NCBI GenBank assembly: GCA_043228905.1
Contig: JBHGNT010000004.1
Coordinates: forward strand, 18,166,001-18,230,000
DNA from: Azolla caroliniana
Taxonomy: Eukaryota > Plantae > Polypodiophyta
Direction of reading: 5' to 3'
Length of the DNA stretch: 64,000 nucleotides
The position numbers and the translations under genes were made by a program. Of this stretch, positions 56,830 through 64,000 are shown one piece after another (positions within the stretch are counted from its first letter, which is position 1; each line of letters starts with the position of its first letter). Below the pieces are notes generated by a model. It saw only the letters and a program-made list of their open reading frames with translations. It was not told where the DNA came from and ran no database searches.

Positions 56830-57310
56830 ACAAGAAGCTATATTAGTGAAAAATATGATTACATCCAACAATAACTAAGTTACAAAAGATTGGTTTAAAT
56901 ACCAACTAGTCTAGGGCAACTATCCTTTCTGTTATTTACAAAACTAGCCTAGTGTGTCCTCTGCTAGTGTGAAAGCACTTTGTTGAGGAAGTTGGGTTCG
57001 ATTCTCAACAGATATGAATATTTATATTTCAGTCAGACCCACTTTCTATGCAGTTTCTTTTCCTATATATGCTTGTGGGGGGTGTATAATAAGGGTAGAG
57101 GGAAGGAGAGGGTATTTGGAGAAAAGAAGAGGGGTATTTGGAGAAAATGGAGAGGGGTATTCGGGGAGATTATCAGAAAGCTCTTTCGGGGGGGTATTTC
57201 TCGAGAATTCTGTAAATAGATGTGTGTGTGCGTGTGCGCGAAGAAGAAGCACTCAGCAGGAAGGAGACGGAGAAGGAGAAGGAGAAGGAGAAGGAAGACG
57301 ACGAAGGCGA

Positions 57311-59466
57311 ATGGCTTCTTCTGCTGTTTCCATGAGCGACGAAGCCTCAAAGCACAACACAGACTGTGTTTACTTCTTGGCTTCCCCTCTCACTTGTAAA
57401 AAGGTATGCATTGTTCTCCTCCTTCTCTTCTTCTCTCTGCATTGCTTTTTAGTTTCTCAGGAAAATTGGCCTTATTCTATTGCCAGCTCAGATCTCATTA
57501 TTTTTTACGTTTTTCTCTGTCCTTTTTTGTTTTTGTGGTTGATGATGTTATGACGCTTGATGTCTGCTGCTCAATATTTAATGGTGATAGTATTTCATTG
57601 ATCCTTTCTGTTGATGATCATTTTGAAGAAGCCTATGCTATGCTCTGTATTTCTCTGCTCTCTTTCGTGATGATGATAAAATTTATATTTTCTCGATATC
57701 TCTCTGTTGATCTTGATGAATGCAATGCTTTTTCTATCGTTTTCTGTTTTTTTTCTCATTACTGACGGTGATGATGAGATTTGTATTTTTGAATGATCTC
57801 ATTCTGGTGACAATGATTTGAAGAAGATGATGTTTTAGTCTGTCTTTTGCTGTTTGTTTGTCGTTGTTGTTGTTGTTGATGATGATGATGATTGTGGTGT
57901 TGATATTGATGATGGTGTTTATGTTTTAATTGCTCTTCGCATGCACACATGCACTGAGTATTAGGGTTTCATTTGACAGAAGAAAGCATTTTAATCTCAA
58001 TTAGAGAAACAAATATGAAGGAAATATACGTATTCATGCTGCCTTTTGATCTCCAGAGGAAGAAAAGAAATCTCACATGTTTTTTTCGTTCTAAAATCAA
58101 TTGGAGCAATAACGTGAAGAAAATCTATGTCCTTATCTCATCTTTCTACATAACAGCAGAAATAAATTTCTGTGACTAATTACATTCTGCCTTGAGTATA
58201 GTAGAACTTTAGAATATCATGAAGATTTCTGAGTTGGGGTATTATGCCATTTGACGATGTTTGTTAATGTTATATATTGGAACCTTGTTTAGCCAGCACC
58301 TTTTCATGTTCCATTAGAGCTTAAGATAAGTAGGGAATTTTTGTTATATTTTCCAAGTATCTTATAACTTAGCAGATCATGTCAAAACCTCTGATATAAA
58401 TTCATGCCATGTCTGGTAAAGTTATATAGCAGAAAGATGTGCCATTTTTCCATATCTGTTAGGATCTTCTGTTTGAAGTTTGTTCGCAACCAGATTTCTA
58501 TTTTTAGTGGAACAAATTCCTGGTGATATGTGGTTAAGGAACCTCAGTAAAAATAAGACTTAGGCCATGTTTCCCCCCTGGCCAACCCTTGAAAGAGTGA
58601 AAAAAAGGTATGAACTGACCATATATTTGATAATGTACTTGCACAAGTGTCACATATAATCATCCAATAGGGGCTTTGCCAAGAACATTTGGGGAAGTAA
58701 TGAAAACATTGGGGCATATTGGGAAATAAAGGAATAATTAGGGAAATTTCGGTTTTCTCCTTCTAATTTTTAAGGTTCTATTACAATTTGTGTCCTGCTT
58801 TCGTGAGTGTAGTAGGACTTCATGTTGGTTTGTGATTCTATATCTTTGGAGGCCATCTGCGAGAAATTCATTTTGGCAAGTTTCCCCGCAATCTATTGCA
58901 TGATGTGTTTTAAGGATATCCATTTGAAGTGTGTTTAGTGAACTTCTACTCAAGCTGTGCCATTGTGCTATATCTGTTGGAACTGACAAACGTATAGAAA
59001 GCTTACTTCTGCCATATGTATCAAGAATCATTTGCTATATCCCACATATATTCTTATATTTTACACATATGGATTGACTGTTATCTTGTTGTGTTTAAAC
59101 CTGCCACACATATTCTTTTATATATATTGTTCTTTATAGAAGGGACCGAGGAGCTTAGAACATACCATGATGAAGCATAAATTGTATCTATATCCAAATA
59201 ACTATGTATGCATGAAACCTTATTACCGTTTCTTCAGAAGCCTATGAAATTTCATAGCCCCACCCATAAGCTCATTCTATAGATGGTGAATCTCACACAA
59301 TTTGTTTCTTGTTAATTTGACATTTGACCATTATACCTTTGTTTAATTTATCCAGGGAAATGACTGCGAATTTAGGCACAGTGAAAATGCTCGAGTCAAC
59401 CCAAGAGATTGTTGGTACTGGTTCTCTGGCAATTGCCTCAATGAACACTGCTCTTTCCGGCATCCG
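57311..59466 (+). CDS. CCCH zinc-finger protein (AtC3H17 / ZC3H11A-like N-terminus); exons 57311-57403 and 59356-59466; the rest is beyond the window
   Basis: MASSAVSMSDEASKHNTDCVYFLASPLTCKK|GNDCEFRHSENARVNPRDCWYWFSGNCLNEHCSFRHP; GT-AG phase-0 introns. Confidence 0.92.
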
Positions 59467-59479
59467 GTAAGTGTGACTA

Positions 59480-62400
59480 GAAGGTGCTATTTTGTGTACT
59501 TATATTTCATTTTTTAAAAATTATTTTTACGTGCCCATGGAACTCTTGAGATTGGACAAGATGACATAGCATGGTTAGTGTGAAATGGTCAATGGCCAAT
59601 GGTCTATAGATCAGAGGTCAATCCATTTAATATTGGATTCTGATGCATATGAGGTTGTCTTTGTCCAATTATAAAGTTGTATCTTATAAAGTCACTTTGG
59701 GTGAGCACTGAGGCCCTACATTCACTTAAAAGTTATAGTGTGGTCTTTCAGGGTTTGGGTTCTATTTTATTGTATTATCTTCTTGTAGTTATCTATAAAC
59801 AAAATAGTGAAAGGTTATCAAATTCGTTCTCAGAAGCAATCTAGCTCACTGGACCAATATTCAATCATAGTCATTGAAAATGTGGAGTATCTGTCTTCTT
59901 TTATAGAAAATTTGTCCAGTGATAAAATTAAGCTAATTTGGTGGCTCCATTGGAGTTTACTGCCATTTGTAAGCTCCTTAGGCTAGTTTCATGATTTTTT
60001 CGACAAAATTTGATCATTTTTTTCTCAGAAAATGACACATGATTAGTTACGTGTTAAAATATATCATAAAGATTCGAACGAGCCATTTTAAGCAGGAGTT
60101 TAGTCAAGTCAAAGAATAAATAAGAAATTCATGGAGAAGACATATCAAGAAAGAAAAACTGTGATCGAAGAAGGCAAGTGCCGCGGAACATAAGTTCAAG
60201 AATCTGAACCCACATACTTTTGCCAGATTAGTGTATATGGTGGTTGGTGATTAACTATTCTGTCAAGCCATTAAATTGTGCAGAGCGTAGAGAAAAATCC
60301 AGGATCATATGGCTATAACTTTATTTACCTTGAAGCTTATTTAAATTTTATTTCTCTCGAGTTTGCAACAAAGTTAGGCATCAGTGCGGATGGGACCTAT
60401 GGCTAAAGTAGAGTCGGCATGTCCTGGTCACGCAGAGTCTATTACCCTGATACTTGAAAAGCTTCAGATACATATCCCAAAATATAGAGACATTGAAGAA
60501 TTTTATGTTATGTGTTATTGGGCCTATTTTGGTTGTATAGGCTGCATGCATGGATAGATACCTACAGCTAAAAAACTACTCGTGTATATAAAAGAAAGAC
60601 TGATGTCTTAGATATAAAATTTAGAGGGTAATGAATCATCCTATTATCTCAGCTTCTGCTATTTTTAGTGTAATGAAACAATTGTATTTCTGTTTACTTG
60701 GTCTTTGCAATGAACACTAATGTTTATGAAGTTGAATCTATTTTCTCTTCATTAGACAGAGATAGGGAAACTTTCTTAAATACTTTCAGAAATTTCTTTT
60801 TCAGGTTCTTTACTGGTAGTTTGACCTCTTGAAAGGTCTGAGGATTATACAATTGAGTTGATCCCAGCATCATACAATTGAGTTCCCGCATGTGTCTAGA
60901 TTATTGTGCACTGAACAAGAACACAATAAAAAAAGATTCTTGATTGGTTAGGAATGGTAAAATCTATCAGGATTGTTTTGAAACGTGGCTATATTTAGCA
61001 GGATTCAGATTTGACTATATTTCTAGTAATGCCTTCCAAACCTATAAATGTTCTCGCCACTTTCAATAGGATGATGGATTGAATTTTTTCATCCGTATAG
61101 TATATTTGAAGAATGAACATGAGCTCAAGGACCATTTGGTTGTGGTTTTCCATGAGCTCTGTAAGAGCAGATATTAATGCAATGAAAATTGAGTTCTTCC
61201 TGCAAGAGTAGAGGCAGGAAAAACTTGGTGTAAATGGAAATATTGTTTCAAAAGGCAGTGTTAATGGATCCTGCCAGAGTAGAGGCAATCAATTCATGGT
61301 CTGATTTTATAACTATTCTTAGTGTTTGCAATTTCTTTGGTCTGTGTTCATATTACAGAATATTTATATTTTGCTGAAATTGCTTCACTTTTACATGCTT
61401 TACAAAAGGAGTAACTTTTAGTTTGACTGATACAAGTATTATAGCTTTCAGACACTTCAAACCAAAGATGACATCAGATCAAGGTCATTCGTGGTTCAAT
61501 ATTGATGCAGTTCTAATGCAGAATGGCCAAATAGTAGCATATTACAATAGAGCCTTGTGACCATTTAGAAGAATTACCAGATTTACGAGAAATAACAATA
61601 GAAGATTCATACTGTTTCGTACTGGAAACACTGCCTTCTAGGTGCCCATTTCATCATGTAAATGGATCATCAAAACTTTTATTATATTCTCATAGAAGCA
61701 AATCTATCTTAAAAGCACATGCAATCAAATTTCTTGTGCTTGTTTCACTTCCAAGATGTGCATGTAGAAGAAAAAAGAAAGTAATACCGGATGCATTAAC
61801 ATGAATATCACACGTGTTGGCAGGGTGAAAAATGTGAGGATGATAATTCTACAAAGATATCTTACAAGGATATATGGTCAACTAATGGATAGATAGCACC
61901 ATGAGCATTATACTAATCTTAAAGATGGATTTTCATTATCATGGAAAATTATGTCAAGAAGTAGTAGAGACCTAAATTCAATTAAAAGATACCATGGTTT
62001 CTGCAGCTTTTGCCAGTCACAGATAGACTGCAACTTCCTTTTCATGGCAAACTTTGCAATGCAATGCTCATACATTTATAAGAACATGCATATTTTGTTG
62101 AAAAGTAAAATTTGACGGACAAAAAACACCAAGATTGTTTCCTTCGTTAGTTGCGGATACTCCATGGGAACTATTCTAGCAATGGGCTTAATTTTTTATC
62201 TTTTTAGATCACAGGCCGAGAATGATGGGATATGGACTATCATAAGGAGACTCAGTAACCAAGCTCATTTTTCCTCATCAGGAAGAAGATAAACCCAGAG
62301 CGCATGTCAATGTATTTATGCACAATATCTTTATGTACCACTGGATGTCCTTTTCTATAACAGTTACCAAGACCCAAGGATGAGAATATGGGTACTTCCT

Positions 62401-63700
62401 CAAAGTTTAGTCAGTTGGAAGAAGGCAATTCTACTATTTTAGATTTTCTGGAATGCTATGTTGGTTGATTCACCTCAGTTTGTACAACTTCACTTGTAGG
62501 CATTCCAATTAAAATCCACCCGGACTGAAGTAAAAGCTCTATCAAGCTAACTACTTGAACATATTTTGATGCTCAAGGGAAGGGTAATCTTTAAATTTTT
62601 TTCAATACAGAATCAATGCTATAGAGGCTGATATTGCTCAACTTTTGTTCGGAATGCTCCGTAAGCTTTTTTAACCTGACAGCAAAAATACATGTGGGTT
62701 GGCCCACATTATTTCCCAGCAAAAATACTCCATCGTAGGTAATGTATTCGGATTTAAGGCCTAGTAATGTGAGCTACTCATTAATTGGGCGACACTGTCT
62801 GTTAGCATGTAATGTCGGCATGCTATCAAGGTCACTTGCATTGTTTCAAGAGGGAAGGGTACATCACAGGGAGGTGTTAATTTATTTGCTTTCATTACAT
62901 TATTTAATATTGTTTTATTTTTACTTGCTTCTTTGAAAGCTTGAAATAGGCCAAGATGACATTGCACAGCCGGTGTAAAATGGTAGAAGACCAAAGGTCC
63001 ATGGACCAGGGGAGCTAAAACCAGCAGGCAATGGGATCAGCATGGGGTTGGTCCTGTTAGCATTGGATTCTGATGCGTATGAGATGTTTGCTTTCAATTG
63101 TAAAGTTGTGAGGTCATTTTTGTTTCTGAAGAGGTGGCAGCATGAGAAAAACTTGCCGTATCCAAAGAAACCTCTCTTCTAATAGAAACTGGTTATTCAG
63201 TTCTGGAGAAAGAACGGAGTCAGGTTAGAGGACAGAAAGCTACAAGAGTCATAGCTGATTTATTCTATTTTCTAGTGTGCTCAGCAGAGAATACTCTGGA
63301 AGTTCTGTATATGGATTTCAGTGCTGAAATAGGCTTGAACTGCTAGCTGGTTTCTAGGGTTTGTGTTCTATCTTATATCTTTAATTAGGTGTCAATCAAA
63401 GAAATTCCTAAAGGGGCACCAATCTTGGTGTGGAGCATTATGACAAATTCTGTGTTCAGGAGCAATCTAGCATCTTGGAAGTGAAATTAAATCATTGTGA
63501 GTGAAAATTCTTAAGTAGATTTTTGTTCATTTATGTAATACGTGTCCTGTAGTGGAATTAAGCAAAATTGGTGGTTCAGTTGGAGTTGGGATTTTGATGC
63601 CCTTTAAAAGTTCCTTGGGCTGGTTTCAGTAAAAGTTTAGAAAGTATAAAACTATGAACTTCTCTGTTTCGTTTTCGAGTCACAAATTTTTATAGAAGAT
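59480..63700. repeat. Diverged intronic direct repeat: about 59480-60010 versus 62870-63700
   Basis: Colinear shared blocks caagatgacat, attggattctgatgc.tatgag, gcaatctagc, aattaagc.aa.ttggtgg. Confidence 0.7.
60780..61300 (+). pseudogene. Highly decayed gypsy RT remnant in the intron
   Basis: LVMPSKPINVLATFNRMMD resembles LVMPFGLTNAPATF; EDYTIELIP. Confidence 0.5.
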
Positions 63701-64000
63701 TGGAATGTATCATTACTAACCATATGATATGAGCATAACTAAACATCAGAATTAATTTATAGAATTTCGTTACAAATATAACCTTGGAGAATATCGTTGT
63801 TGACTGTAATACAACAGAGAATTAGAAAAACAAAAGTAATTTGTTGTACTTCCAAAAGATTATACACCAAAGAGTAGGAATTTGTCAAAAATAATGTATG
63901 GTATTTCATTATGAAATATAGCCCGATATATAACACATTATTAATCAACTTGCATAACATGCTTGGACTCTTCAAGAGATTTTTGATATGCTTCCTTTCC

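Larger units (their letters stand above)
17769..57010 (-). mobile_element. Old degenerate Ty1/copia 'Copia-C', host of the nest; pieces 17769-18013, 26880-27941, 32694-34140, 56272-57010; 5' LTR 56715-57010; 3' end lost
   Basis: The reading frame rejoins across each insertion (RT: NRHKA*L.A|NGYAQ; INT: TTYLR|KEGIRREF; Gag: RKLQLLLEL|NNMQ*RDLSI); decayed iMet PBS at 56697-56714. Confidence 0.88.

Noticed and set aside
56992-57010. B-box-like GGGTTCGATTC at the Copia-C LTR terminus
   Set aside because: No convincing A box at the right distance, and the related Copia-D LTRs read GTTTGATTC; likely part of the att end
57014-57553. 179-aa ORF over the CCCH gene start
   Set aside because: Read-through of leader and intron; only 57311-57403 is supported as a coding exon

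Overview
Eukaryotic plant genomic DNA, probably a non-seed land plant such as a fern (inferred from the retrotransposon types). About 75% of the window is LTR retrotransposon sequence around two host genes: a complete intron-containing BTF3/NAC-beta gene (12836-14941) and the first two coding exons of a CCCH zinc-finger gene (57311-59466, continuing past the window). The left end holds an Athila-like Ty3/gypsy element with an intact gag-pol ORF and an extra coiled-coil ORF that runs off the edge. From 17.8 to 57.0 kb an old Ty1/copia element has been expanded to 39 kb by six nested insertions, all resolvable by target-site duplications (TSDs). The main points of interest are: (1) a conserved accessory ORF 3' of pol in two related gypsy elements, reconstructable across a copia insertion; (2) a young gypsy element with a tRNA-Trp primer site, a 4-bp TSD, a predicted -1 frameshift plus pseudoknot between protease and RT, and antisense tRNA-like Pol III A/B boxes in its LTRs, a motif that recurs in an unrelated LTR rich in heat-shock elements; (3) a 22-kb insertion with a perfect TSD but non-matching ends. 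All alignments and translations were done by eye; lineage and domain names are pattern-based and were not database-verified.
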